Shown here: positions 17,538 to 26,886 of the stretch, one piece after another
How positions within the stretch are numbered: the first letter of the stretch is position 1
Layout: every line of letters begins with the position of its first letter
Assembly (NCBI GenBank): GCA_016712285.1
Contig: JADJRK010000001.1
Coordinates: forward strand, 2,300,885-2,364,884
DNA: 64,000 nt
Direction: 5' to 3'
DNA from: Planctomycetota bacterium
GTDB lineage: Bacteria > Planctomycetota > UBA8742 > UBA2392
Made by a program: the position numbers and the translations under genes
Notes under the pieces: generated by a model
The model's database searches: none
Told to the model about the DNA's origin: nothing
Seen by the model: only the letters and a program-made list of their open reading frames with translations

Positions 17538-19592
17538 ATGGCCACCACGTTCACACCACAGCAGCAGCTGCCCGATATCCTCAAGAGCCATCCCCAGGTG
17601 CGTGTCGTGCTGGACCGCTACGGCCTCAAGGGTTGCGGCGGCAAGCATGGCCCCGCTGAGAGCGTCGAGTTCTTCGCGCGCTCCCATGGCGTCGAGCAAG
17701 GACGCCTGCTGGCCGAACTTGAAGAAGCGGCCCGGGGCCCCGCTACCGCGGCTGCGCCAGCCCGGGCAACCTTCGCCGACGCCGCCTACCGCCCCTTCTT
17801 CATTGCAGGCATGGCCGTGTTTGTGCTGATCGGTGTCGTCACCGGAACCACGATGTTGGCATGGATGAGCGGCGAGCAGTCGTTCTTCGCCCCCGGCATC
17901 CACCGCATGAACGCCCATGCCAACGCCATGGTGTACGGGTTCGCCGGCATGTTCATCATGGGTTTCGGCTACCAGGCGCTTCCCCGGTTCCGGCACACGC
18001 AACTCTGGCGGCCGGGGTTGGCGCTTACCAGCTTCGTGCTGTTGCTCGCGGGCGTCGTGTTGCGCTTCAGCGGCGAGTTCTTCGGGCAGCAGGGCATTTA
18101 CCAGCCCGCGCTGGTGCCGGCCGGTTTCGCCGCCGGCATCGCGGGCAACGTGCTTGAACTCGGGGCGTTCAGCCTGTTTGCGCTGATCATGTGGAAGACC
18201 CTTCGCGTGGACGGGCGCCTGCGCGTTTACGAGCGCTATGTGATCGCGTCGGCAGCCTGGTTCATCGTCAGCGTGGCGTTTTGCCTGGTGCTGTTCATCC
18301 TCACGCACTGCGCCTCTGACTTCGGGGTGCTGGTGGCCACGGTCGCAATGCTGCAGGAGTCTCTGCGCACGGTACAGATGTTCGGCGCGATCGGGCTGGT
18401 GGTGCTGGGCGTGATGCTGCGTTTCCTGCCCACAGTGTTCGCCTTCCGCGATCCCGGCGAAAAGCTGTACGCGCGCATGTTCTGGGTGATCAACGGCGGC
18501 ATCCTGCTGGCCGCGCTGGCGTTTCCGTTCAGCATGGCAGCCAAGCGCGACGTGTCGGCTGGCGACATGCTCACGATTTCGCGTTCAGCCTATGCGCTGG
18601 GCATGCTGCTGGTGGTCGGCGGATATCTGACGCTGGTCGCCTCGTTTGCGCCGTGGCGCAAGGCGCGCGTCCAGGACCGCAGCGTGAAGTTCATCCGGGC
18701 CGCGCATGCGTGGCTGGTGATCAGCCTGCTGATGATCGTGTTTGAGCCAATCTACATCGGCGCCGTGCAGGGCACGTTCGGCCACGGCTACCACGCCGGC
18801 ATGCGCCACGCCTACACCATCGGGTTCATGACCATGATGGTGGTGGCAGTCTCGATCAAGGTTGTCCCGAACCTGAATGGCGTGAACCCGGCACGGCTGG
18901 GTCGGTTGTGGCCGGTATTCGCGCTGCTGAACCTGTCCCTGGTGTGGCGCGTCGTTGGAGAAATTGCCGGCGACTTTGACCCGGCCCTGCTCGCCGGCAT
19001 CCACTGGTCCGGTGTGGCTGCCGGTGTTGCGCTGTTGCTTTGGGCGACTCACCTGCTGCGCGTGATGTTCCTGCCGCCCTCCGAAGCGCCACAGCGCGTC
19101 GACGACATCACTCCGCAGACCCGCGTAGCGGCGGTCCTTGAGACGTGGCCGCAGACGATGCAAGTCTTTCTGCGCCACGGCTTCACTCTGTTGCTGAACC
19201 CGGTGGCGCGGCGCACGATCGCACGCAGCGTTTCGCTGGCCCACGCCTGCACCATGAACGACAAGGACGTGGATGCATTCGTCGCAGAGTTGCGCGCGGC
19301 AGCCGGCCTGGGCCACGACTGCTCTTGTTCGGCAGGAACCGCCGCGGACAAGCCGGCCTGCAGCGACCCCCCTGTCATCGACGCCGATACAAGCGTGGCG
19401 GAGACTGCCCGCGAGCACCCTGCCACCGTGGCCGTCTTCACGCGCCTGGGGCTGGACACTTGCTGCGGCGGAGCTGAGAGCATTCGCAACGCAGCCGAAC
19501 ACAATGGCAAGCCGCTGGAAGATGTTTTGCACCAACTTGAACACGCAATCCGGGAGGAGCACCATGACAAAGCTGGAGCAACTTGCGCATGA
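17538..19592 (+). CDS. NnrS-family membrane protein fused to DUF1858-like and ScdA-N (DUF542)-like domains
   Basis: 684 aa from ATG 17538, with GGGAGAGAGCC upstream. The N-terminal domain (about 65 aa) reads LPDILKSHPQVRVVLDRYGLKGCGG. A polytopic core follows (AYRPFFIAGMAVF..., multiple TM helices). C-terminal parts are TRVAAVLETWPQTMQVFLRHGF and VAETAREHPATVAVFTRLGLDTCCGGAESIRNAA. Confidence 0.8.
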   Translation: MATTFTPQQQLPDILKSHPQVRVVLDRYGLKGCGGKHGPAESVEFFARSHGVEQGRLLAELEEAARGPATAAAPARATFADAAYRPFFIAGMAVFVLIGVVTGTTMLAWMSGEQSFFAPGIHRMNAHANAMVYGFAGMFIMGFGYQALPRFRHTQLWRPGLALTSFVLLLAGVVLRFSGEFFGQQGIYQPALVPAGFAAGIAGNVLELGAFSLFALIMWKTLRVDGRLRVYERYVIASAAWFIVSVAFCLVLFILTHCASDFGVLVATVAMLQESLRTVQMFGAIGLVVLGVMLRFLPTVFAFRDPGEKLYARMFWVINGGILLAALAFPFSMAAKRDVSAGDMLTISRSAYALGMLLVVGGYLTLVASFAPWRKARVQDRSVKFIRAAHAWLVISLLMIVFEPIYIGAVQGTFGHGYHAGMRHAYTIGFMTMMVVAVSIKVVPNLNGVNPARLGRLWPVFALLNLSLVWRVVGEIAGDFDPALLAGIHWSGVAAGVALLLWATHLLRVMFLPPSEAPQRVDDITPQTRVAAVLETWPQTMQVFLRHGFTLLLNPVARRTIARSVSLAHACTMNDKDVDAFVAELRAAAGLGHDCSCSAGTAADKPACSDPPVIDADTSVAETAREHPATVAVFTRLGLDTCCGGAESIRNAAEHNGKPLEDVLHQLEHAIREEHHDKAGATCA

Positions 19593-20169
19593 AACGCCGC
19601 CGATATTGATGCGGGACCCGCTGGCCGAGTTTCTGGGCCTGCGGGGCAAGGAAATTCCTATCAGTTACTCGCTGGAAGACGCCGGGCGCTTTGCCGGCCA
19701 CCTGTGCCCCACGGTGGCCACGGCGTTTGAAATGACCCGCGAGGCTCTGCGCGCGCTGTACGGCGCGGAGTTGCCGGTGCGGGGCAACATCCGCGTGACG
19801 ATGGCGTCGGCGCCGGACCAGTTCGCGAACGGGCCCATGGCGCGCGTGATTGGCTTTGTCACAGGCGCGGCGCGCGACGACGGATTCCGCGGTCTCGCCG
19901 GCCGCTGGTCGCGCCAGAACCTGCTGCTGTTTGCGCCCGACCAGCGCCCCTTCGGCAGTGTGCTGTTCGAGCGGCTTGATAACGGGGCATCGGTGCGGCT
20001 GGTCGCATTGGCCGAGAAGGCCGGTACGGCAGGCGAAGACGTCGGTCCGCTGCTGCGCTCGGCCCTCGAGAATACGCACGAGCCCCTGCCGCGCTTCCAG
20101 CAGGCCTGGATGGATCGTGTGCAGTCGGTCTTGACAGCAGGGCCACGGATGTTTCAGCGCGTGGACTAG
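19564..20169 (+). CDS. Hypothetical protein, tentatively FmdE-like (GHLCP motif)
   Basis: 201 aa from ATG 19564, with a strong GGGAGGAG SD. It overlaps the end of the NnrS gene by 29 nt. The FAGHLCPTVA motif is reminiscent of the FmdE HxCPG motif. This assignment is tentative. Confidence 0.55.
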   Translation: MTKLEQLAHETPPILMRDPLAEFLGLRGKEIPISYSLEDAGRFAGHLCPTVATAFEMTREALRALYGAELPVRGNIRVTMASAPDQFANGPMARVIGFVTGAARDDGFRGLAGRWSRQNLLLFAPDQRPFGSVLFERLDNGASVRLVALAEKAGTAGEDVGPLLRSALENTHEPLPRFQQAWMDRVQSVLTAGPRMFQRVD

Positions 20170-20178
20170 CGACCAGAA

Positions 20179-20853
20179 TCAACCCAGCAATAGACGATGC
20201 ACCAGTTGTTCTCGCGTGGCGTCGTCAAGCATGCGGTCTGTGCCGGGATAGAGAATCTGCTCTTCCTTCATGTTGTGCTCAACCAGCACTCCCAGCAGGT
20301 TTGCGTGCCAGCGCTGCAAGGCTTCGGAGTCTTTGCTTGCAGCGCTTTGCACGATTTCATCGACGGCATGCTTGATCTCGACGTGCTCGTGGCGCATGAC
20401 CGCCGTCGGGCCGACGTCGCGCATGCCCGTGCGCTCTTCAAACTCGGGAAACAAGATGTCGTTCTCGATCGCGATGTGCCGGAACAGCCCATCCCGAAAA
20501 CGCGTGGCGCAACGCTCTGCGCCCTGCCAGTCGCCTGCACCCGCCGCTCGCATGCACTCCACCAGGATCGAATCCAGCCGGTCATGATCCCATGCCAGGT
20601 ATTCCGACACGCGCGGCGCCGACGCCTCAAGGCGGGCGATAAAGCGCACCAGCCCCTGCCCGGCGGCCGCATCAACCGGCGAGAACCAGAAGCGCCGTGG
20701 CGCGGCCTCAAGTACGGCCTGCAACAGGTCTGCCCTGTCCTCAGGCATGATCACATCCAGCTCAGTGCCCGGTCGCAGCTGCTTCAGCCGGTCGACCAGG
20801 CTCGCGGCCCGCTGTTCTGGGGCAACTTCACGTGCGTCATAGGTCTGTGTCAT
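20179..20853 (-). CDS. DUF2249-like + hemerythrin (HHE cation-binding) domain protein
   Basis: 224 aa. N-terminal LRPGTELDVIMPEDRADLL...FWFSPV (DUF2249-like). C-terminal LFRHIAIENDILFPEF, MRHEHVEIKHAV, HNMKEEQILYP (di-iron His/Glu pattern). Confidence 0.8.
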   Translation of the reverse strand: MTQTYDAREVAPEQRAASLVDRLKQLRPGTELDVIMPEDRADLLQAVLEAAPRRFWFSPVDAAAGQGLVRFIARLEASAPRVSEYLAWDHDRLDSILVECMRAAGAGDWQGAERCATRFRDGLFRHIAIENDILFPEFEERTGMRDVGPTAVMRHEHVEIKHAVDEIVQSAASKDSEALQRWHANLLGVLVEHNMKEEQILYPGTDRMLDDATREQLVHRLLLG

Positions 20854-20873
20854 CGGTTTCTCGCTGTCTTCGG

Positions 20874-21551
20874 TCAGGCCATCAGCAGGCGCTGGACCAG
20901 TGCATCCAGTTCCGGCTGGGGAAAAGTGTCATCGATGGACGGAAACAGGATCTCTTCTTCCTTGGCGTGATGCTCAAGCGCCACACGCCGCAGCGTCTCG
21001 TCGGCATCGCGTACCGCGCCGGCGTCGCGGGCGTTCACGGCCCGCAGCAGCCTGTCGATACCGGCGCGCACCTCAACATGCTCGGCGCGCATGTGTGCCG
21101 TCGGGCCGTCCCCGAAGCCGCCGCATGCGCTTTCGTAGGCCGGAAACAACACTTCGTCCTCAAGGTCGGCGTGGCGACGCAGGGCCGTCGCGTATCTAGA
21201 GGCATGCAAGTGTGCGTCATCCCAGCGTCCCGCAACAGCAGCCGCCAGCGTTTCCTCCAGCAGGTTTTCCATGCGACGATGGTCCCACACCAGGTAGCCC
21301 GTCACGCTTCGGGGCAACGCCGCGTCGCGCGCCGTGAACTGCCAGCGCCACGCCGCAGGGCCGCACTCCAGGGGCCCGAAGTCGAAGCCGCCCGGAAACT
21401 CGCTCAGCAGTAGTTGCAGCAGCTTGGCGGGGTGGTGCGGCGCAATCAGCACCAGCGACTCGCCCGGCGCCAAACCGCTCAATGCGTCCATGATTGCGGG
21501 CAGGCGGGTCTCGTGGGGAATCGCTCGACCGTCCAGTTCAGAAATCGTCAT
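20874..21551 (-). CDS. DUF2249-like + hemerythrin (HHE cation-binding) domain protein, paralog of 20179..20853
   Basis: 225 aa. Same architecture as its paralog (LAPGESLVLIAPHHPAKLL; LRRHADLEDEVLFPAY; MRAEHVEVRAGI; HHAKEEEILFP). Confidence 0.8.
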   Translation of the reverse strand: MTISELDGRAIPHETRLPAIMDALSGLAPGESLVLIAPHHPAKLLQLLLSEFPGGFDFGPLECGPAAWRWQFTARDAALPRSVTGYLVWDHRRMENLLEETLAAAVAGRWDDAHLHASRYATALRRHADLEDEVLFPAYESACGGFGDGPTAHMRAEHVEVRAGIDRLLRAVNARDAGAVRDADETLRRVALEHHAKEEEILFPSIDDTFPQPELDALVQRLLMA

Positions 21552-21560
21552 GGATGCACC

Positions 21561-22292
21561 TCACAGGTATTGTCCGCCATCGACCCGGATCACTTGCCCG
21601 GTAATGTGTCGCGCCGCTGGCGACGCCAGAAACAACACACAGGCCGCAACGTCCTCTGATTGACCGATGTGCCCCAGCAGAGTTTCGTCGATGGCCCGCT
21701 GGCGGGTATCGGCTGGCACGCGGCCGGTCATCTCGCTGTCAATCATTCCGGGCGCGACCGCGTTGACCCGAACGCCGAAGCGCCCCAGCTCACGCGCGGC
21801 AGCCTTGGTCAGTCCGATCAATCCGGCCTTGGAGGCGCTGTAGTTGCTCTGCCCGAACTTGCCCCGCTGACCGTTGATCGAGGTGATGTTCACGATGCTG
21901 CCGTGCTTGCGCTCGCGCATGACAGGCGCAACCGCACGCGTGAGGTAGAAGGCGCCATCCAGGTTGACCCGCATCACCGACGTCCAGTCGTCGTCCGTCA
22001 GCTTCCAGAGCACGTTGTCGCGGGTAATGCCGGCGTTGTTGACCAGCACGTCTGGCGCCTGCCCGGCCGCCGTCAGTTCGGCTGCCATGGCATGCACGGC
22101 GGCGCTATCGGTTACGTCCAGCACGCGCGCCGTGGCAACGGCCGCCAGCTCGGCGGCCGGTTCAATGTCAAACCCGACGACTTTGGCGCCGTGCTGCGCC
22201 AGCAATCGCACGCACGCCAGGCCGATGCCGCGACCGGCCCCGGTCACCCAGGCGGTTCGGCCAGTCAAGTCCAGTAGATCAGGCGCCGGCAT
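21561..22292 (-). CDS. Short-chain dehydrogenase/reductase (FabG-like)
   Basis: 243 aa from ATG 22292. TGAGRGIG, NNAG, and a catalytic YSASK motif. It overlaps the bcrD stop by 14 nt. Confidence 0.88.
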   Translation of the reverse strand: MPAPDLLDLTGRTAWVTGAGRGIGLACVRLLAQHGAKVVGFDIEPAAELAAVATARVLDVTDSAAVHAMAAELTAAGQAPDVLVNNAGITRDNVLWKLTDDDWTSVMRVNLDGAFYLTRAVAPVMRERKHGSIVNITSINGQRGKFGQSNYSASKAGLIGLTKAAARELGRFGVRVNAVAPGMIDSEMTGRVPADTRQRAIDETLLGHIGQSEDVAACVLFLASPAARHITGQVIRVDGGQYL

Positions 22293-23106
22293 GGTTCTCT
22301 TTTCTGCCGGCCAGTTTCTGGTGGCGATACGCGCCCCACAGAGCCGCGCCAATGGCGCCGGCATGCACGGAAAGTTCGTGGCTGCGCACATTCAGGTTTG
22401 CTGCGCCGTCCTTCAGCTTTTCCTCAATCGCGGCGACCAGCCCCGCGTCGCGCGCCAAGCCGCCGGTCATCAGCATCAGCCCTTCGACCTTGATCGCACG
22501 GATCAGGCCCGTCACGCGCAACGCCATGCTGTTGTGAATGCCACGCAAAATGTTGGGCGTGTTGATGCCGCGGCTGACCATGTTGATCACATCGGTTTCC
22601 GCCAACACGGCGCAGATGCTGCTGCACTTCTCGGGGTCGTCGCCCTTCAGGGAAAGGCTTCCAATCTCTTCGATCGAGACGCCCAGATAGCGCGCAATGT
22701 TCTCAAGAAACTGGCCGCTGCCGGACGCGCACTGGCTGGTCATCTGGTACTGCAGCACCCGGCCGTTGGCATCAAAGCGCATCGCCCGGGTGTGCAGCGC
22801 GCCGATGTCGACGGCCCCTCGCGCTGCGGGCTCCAGGTACAGCGCACCGCGAGCGTGCGTCGTCATGCCGTAGAAGTGGCCGGTGCGCCAGGGCACCTGG
22901 TCGCCCTCGCCCGTGGTGCCGATGTAATCAAGCTGATCGCGCCTCAAGCCTGCTTCGCGCAGTGCGGCCTCGAATGACTCCTCGACAACCTCCATCACGT
23001 CGCGTCGCCGGATGCGTTCCAGGTACTGCGCCACCAGGCGCTCGTCCTGCATGATCGCGACCTTGACTGCGCCAGTGCCCACATCGATGCCTGCCGTGAG
23101 AGTCAT
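22279..23106 (-). CDS. bcrD: Benzoyl-CoA reductase (class I, ATP-dependent) subunit D
   Basis: 275 aa. BcrAD/BadFG ATPase fold (GIDVGTGAVKV, SQCASGSGQFLE, MTGGLARD). AGGAGG SD. ATGA overlap with bcrA. Confidence 0.85.
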   Translation of the reverse strand: MTLTAGIDVGTGAVKVAIMQDERLVAQYLERIRRRDVMEVVEESFEAALREAGLRRDQLDYIGTTGEGDQVPWRTGHFYGMTTHARGALYLEPAARGAVDIGALHTRAMRFDANGRVLQYQMTSQCASGSGQFLENIARYLGVSIEEIGSLSLKGDDPEKCSSICAVLAETDVINMVSRGINTPNILRGIHNSMALRVTGLIRAIKVEGLMLMTGGLARDAGLVAAIEEKLKDGAANLNVRSHELSVHAGAIGAALWGAYRHQKLAGRKENHAGA

Positions 23107-24431
23107 GCCGCCTCCTGGGTTGTTGCCGCGCCCACCACATCGCGCAGGGCAAACGTGGCGGCGCCGACTGCACCGGTGTAGATGCTGTCGGGCGCGATGT
23201 TCAGCGTCAGACCGCCGTAGTTTTCCTCGGCGACTTCGCGCAGTGCCTTGACCGCGGCGGGGTTGCGCGCCACGCCGCCTGTGAACGTGAACTCGTTGCG
23301 AATCCCGCCGCTGCGCGCCAGCAGGCTCATCGCGCGCAGAATGATCGCGCGGTGCAGTCCCGCGACAATGTCTTCGCGCGCCTGGCCGGCTGCAAGACGA
23401 TCCCGGAACTCGGCGCCCGCGAACACGGTGCACGTGGAGTTGATCTTAACCCGGCGCCTCGCACCCATCGCCAGCGGGCCCAGTTCATGCAGGCCGATGT
23501 TCATTTCGTCGGCGATGTAGCCCAAGTAGCGGCCGCAGCCGGCGGCACAACGGTCATTCATTTGAAAGCTGGTGACGACACCATTCTCGTCCACCTGGAT
23601 CGCCTTGGTGTCCTGACCGCCGATGTCCAGCACGGTGCGCGTGGCAGGGAACATCAGGTGCGCGCCCAGCCCATGGCACAGGATTTCGCTGCGGATGCAT
23701 TCCTTGGGAAAGGGCAGTCGTACGCGACCATACCCCGTTCCGACAGTGCGGACCTCGGTCAGCGGCGCTGTGGCCGCTGTTTCCAGCAGCCGCGACAGCG
23801 CATCGTCATCCTGGCGCAAGTCATCCGGCGCGCGCCGATAGCCGGCCATCAAGAGATGCTGAAAGCTGCGCGTCTCGGTCTCGTTCTCTACGGGAATGAT
23901 GTTGCGATCAAACAGGCCTACCAGCCGGTCAAAGGCGGGGCCGCCCTGGCGAGACACTTCGGCGGCGTGCGCTGTGAACGAGGCACCCGCGAGGTCGCGA
24001 AAAAAGTCTGACCTTGAAGCTGCGCCCGGAGTGTAGGCGGCCGCGGCGTCGGCCCGAATGCCCTTGAAGATACGCTCCAGCGCGTCGTTCATGGTATAGC
24101 GGTCGCTGTCAAAGCGGGGGTTCTCAAGGTCGCGACGGCAATGGTCCTCAAGGCGGGTGAGCGCGCCCAGGAAGCACTCATGGCGATAGCCCGCCAGCAG
24201 CCACGCCTCCAGCCCCTCTGCGGCATCAGCAAAGCGGCCCTCTGCGCGCAGGGCACGCGACAACATTTCGAAGCGCACGTTGGTGAGCGCCTCCTGGCGG
24301 GCAACCTGTGCAGCCACGTCGTAGTTGCTGCGGCTGTTGGTGATGCCGCGCCCGAGCATTCGGCCCTGGCTGTCGAGCGCGACGGCCTTGGTGGTGGTAG
24401 AGCCGAGATCAATGCCGATGAAGCATTCCAT
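23103..24431 (-). CDS. bcrA: Benzoyl-CoA reductase subunit A
   Basis: 442 aa from ATG 24431, which overlaps the TAA of bcrB. GIDLGSTTTKAV, NDRCAAGCGRYLG, FTGGVARN. Confidence 0.85.
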   Translation of the reverse strand: MECFIGIDLGSTTTKAVALDSQGRMLGRGITNSRSNYDVAAQVARQEALTNVRFEMLSRALRAEGRFADAAEGLEAWLLAGYRHECFLGALTRLEDHCRRDLENPRFDSDRYTMNDALERIFKGIRADAAAAYTPGAASRSDFFRDLAGASFTAHAAEVSRQGGPAFDRLVGLFDRNIIPVENETETRSFQHLLMAGYRRAPDDLRQDDDALSRLLETAATAPLTEVRTVGTGYGRVRLPFPKECIRSEILCHGLGAHLMFPATRTVLDIGGQDTKAIQVDENGVVTSFQMNDRCAAGCGRYLGYIADEMNIGLHELGPLAMGARRRVKINSTCTVFAGAEFRDRLAAGQAREDIVAGLHRAIILRAMSLLARSGGIRNEFTFTGGVARNPAAVKALREVAEENYGGLTLNIAPDSIYTGAVGAATFALRDVVGAATTQEAA

Positions 24432-25705
24432 TACGCTCTCCCGCGCCGGGCTTCGATCATCTGGAAGTAGGACTCGAGGCGGTTCTTGATGTTTGCCGCC
24501 GAAAAGTAGCGCGGGTCCACCAGGTCGGATTCGATGAAGCCGCCAGGCTTGCCCGTTCGCTTCTCGATCTCCCGCAGGATCAGCAGTTGCCCTGCCGAGA
24601 AGGAATTGCACGACTTCACCGAGTTGATCAGCAGGCCATCCGCCTGGTACTCGTTCATGTACGATTCAATCAGGTTGATGCGCTCGGGCAGGCTCAGGTT
24701 CGTGTAACAGCCCATGCAATAGTCGGCCAGCGTTTCGATCGGGTTGGCGGGGTCATGCCGGAAACCGCGGTCGTACAAACCGCCGACCTTGGTGTACGTG
24801 CTGGCCACAACCACCGCCCCTTCGCTGTAGAACATGCGCCAGAACTCGCGAAAGCTCGTCCAGTTGGGTGGGCCTTCTGTGACGATGCGGTACTTTTCCT
24901 CGCCCAGGTTGCCCTCGGGCGTCACTGGCCCCAGACCAAGCCGGATGCGCTCTTCAATCTCGCTGCGCAGCAACTGGTAGTAGTCAACGGCGTCCTGCGT
25001 GCCCCGAAACGCGGTGAAGATCGGCCCGATGTAGTACACGCCACCGAAGTAGGCGTCGATCGGCGACGGCTTGTGCCGGGCGCTTTCCAGCACCCACACC
25101 AGGTCGTCCTCAGCAACCGAGGATCGCTTCAGGTCTCGCTTCAGCTTGTCAGGGTCAAACTTGCGGCCCGAGAGTTTCTCAAGGGCGGGGATCACCTTGT
25201 CGCGAATCTGGTCCGCGACATACTTGCGCATCTGCGGCGTAACATGCCCGTCGCCCTGGTACGGCACGTGCAGCATCACTACCGGGCAGTCCGCGTACTC
25301 TTTGCGCAGCAACTCAAACCACTTCAGGAACGTGAAGCAACCCGTGTAGCTGAGCAGCAGCATGTCCGGCTTCGGCAGCGGCTGGCCCGTGGGCCCCATG
25401 TTGCCGGCCTTGAGCATGCCGATGTCCGCCTTGACGTAGGTGCATACGTCTTCGCTGTGGCCGGACTTCTCGGCGGCATGAATGAAGTCGCCGGTGCGGC
25501 CCCGCATGCCGTTCTGCAGGGCGTTGATCTCGGGCAGTACGGGCAACAGGTCAAAGTTCGCAATGAGCTCGGTCAGGTTGCCGGGCACAAAGGTGTAAAC
25601 GACCTTGCGCCCGTTTTCTTTGGCGTGCGCGAGGCTGTCGAAGTAGTCGGACAGCATCTGCTTCTGGCGTTCCTGGCTCTGGTCCTTGATGGCTTGTGCG
25701 GTCAT
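24431..25705 (-). CDS. bcrB: Benzoyl-CoA reductase subunit B
   Basis: 424 aa from ATG 25705 (ATGA overlap with bcrC; the track uses GTG 25717). It belongs to the 2-hydroxyacyl-CoA dehydratase/BcrBC family. Size and gene order fit bcrCBAD. Confidence 0.85.
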   Translation of the reverse strand: MTAQAIKDQSQERQKQMLSDYFDSLAHAKENGRKVVYTFVPGNLTELIANFDLLPVLPEINALQNGMRGRTGDFIHAAEKSGHSEDVCTYVKADIGMLKAGNMGPTGQPLPKPDMLLLSYTGCFTFLKWFELLRKEYADCPVVMLHVPYQGDGHVTPQMRKYVADQIRDKVIPALEKLSGRKFDPDKLKRDLKRSSVAEDDLVWVLESARHKPSPIDAYFGGVYYIGPIFTAFRGTQDAVDYYQLLRSEIEERIRLGLGPVTPEGNLGEEKYRIVTEGPPNWTSFREFWRMFYSEGAVVVASTYTKVGGLYDRGFRHDPANPIETLADYCMGCYTNLSLPERINLIESYMNEYQADGLLINSVKSCNSFSAGQLLILREIEKRTGKPGGFIESDLVDPRYFSAANIKNRLESYFQMIEARRGRA

Positions 25706-26886
25706 GCTTTCCCCCACAGCTTGATGGCGTCGGCAAACGTGCCCGCCTGTTCGCGGATCACCTGGAATTGGCCCGTGTCTTCGGAGTACTTGAAGCTGGT
25801 GAACGGAATGCCTGCCTTGTCGAGGGCGGACTGCAGCATCGGCTGGTCCAGCAGCGCCGGGTCGCAGAAGCTGGGCGCCATCAACAGCACGCCATCGGCC
25901 CGCACAGCGCGCACCAGGCTGACAAGGTCTTCGCCCTTGGTGTTGGCCTCGTCATATTTGCTTGCGGTCGAAACGCTGTGCCGAGTAAAGCCTTCGACGA
26001 GTGCGGTCCACGGGTCCCCAGTTTCGTCGAGTTGCCTCGGAATGAACCGCGAGCCCAGCACAAAGTCGTCATCCACGACGTAGCACCCGGCGCGCTCGAG
26101 AGTGCGCAGCAGGGCCAGCGGCGGCTGTTCGCAGAATGCGCCGCGAATCAGCACACGGATGTTGTCCAACGGCCTGCGGCCGGCGTGGGGTACGGCCTGC
26201 AGGTACTCGTCAATCAACGCCGTGTGCTGATCCACTGGCAGCAGATAGCCTGCGCGCAACAGCAGGTAGTACTCGGTAGTCGGCACCAGCCATGGCTGCT
26301 CCGTGCGCAACTGCAGCAGTTCCTGGATGGCGCGACGGTTCTGGTTGTACAGGGCAATCGAGCCGCGCAGGCGCGAATCGGTCACGCGCGTGCCGGTCAG
26401 CGCGCCGACCGCATCGGCGATCGCATGCAACTCGGTACGATAGAACTCTCCTCCCAGTTCACTGTCGAAGTTCTGCGGCAAGTCCAGGTAGTGAACATAC
26501 TTGCCAGCCAGGAGCATCTGGAACATCCCGCTGAGGTTGCGGATCACGTCGCATATGCTCGGGAACAGAAAGCCGTCCATGGCGTCAAGCCGGCCGCTGA
26601 CTGCCATTTCCACGACGCTGCGCGGCAGGTGGCAGATGTAGGATTGAAAGAACGAGTCCCCGCGCACGATCTCGAGCTGGTCGCCGCCGCCGAGAATGCC
26701 CACGGGCAACGCACCTGCCGCATGAATCACTTCGCGCGGAGCGTAGATCGGCAAGAACCCGATTGCCTTGCGGCACTCTGATTGGCCTTTCCATCTGCGA
26801 ACGGATTCGAACGACACATCCTCGTACAGCGCCTGCGCGCGCGATACCAGCGCGTCAACTTTGGATTGTTCGGTCGCCGTGCTCAT
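25702..26886 (-). CDS. bcrC: Benzoyl-CoA reductase subunit C
   Basis: 394 aa. BcrBC/HgdB-like (IGFLPIYAPREVIHAAGALPVGILGG). ATGA overlap with the upstream hydratase gene. Confidence 0.85.
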   Translation of the reverse strand: MSTATEQSKVDALVSRAQALYEDVSFESVRRWKGQSECRKAIGFLPIYAPREVIHAAGALPVGILGGGDQLEIVRGDSFFQSYICHLPRSVVEMAVSGRLDAMDGFLFPSICDVIRNLSGMFQMLLAGKYVHYLDLPQNFDSELGGEFYRTELHAIADAVGALTGTRVTDSRLRGSIALYNQNRRAIQELLQLRTEQPWLVPTTEYYLLLRAGYLLPVDQHTALIDEYLQAVPHAGRRPLDNIRVLIRGAFCEQPPLALLRTLERAGCYVVDDDFVLGSRFIPRQLDETGDPWTALVEGFTRHSVSTASKYDEANTKGEDLVSLVRAVRADGVLLMAPSFCDPALLDQPMLQSALDKAGIPFTSFKYSEDTGQFQVIREQAGTFADAIKLWGKA

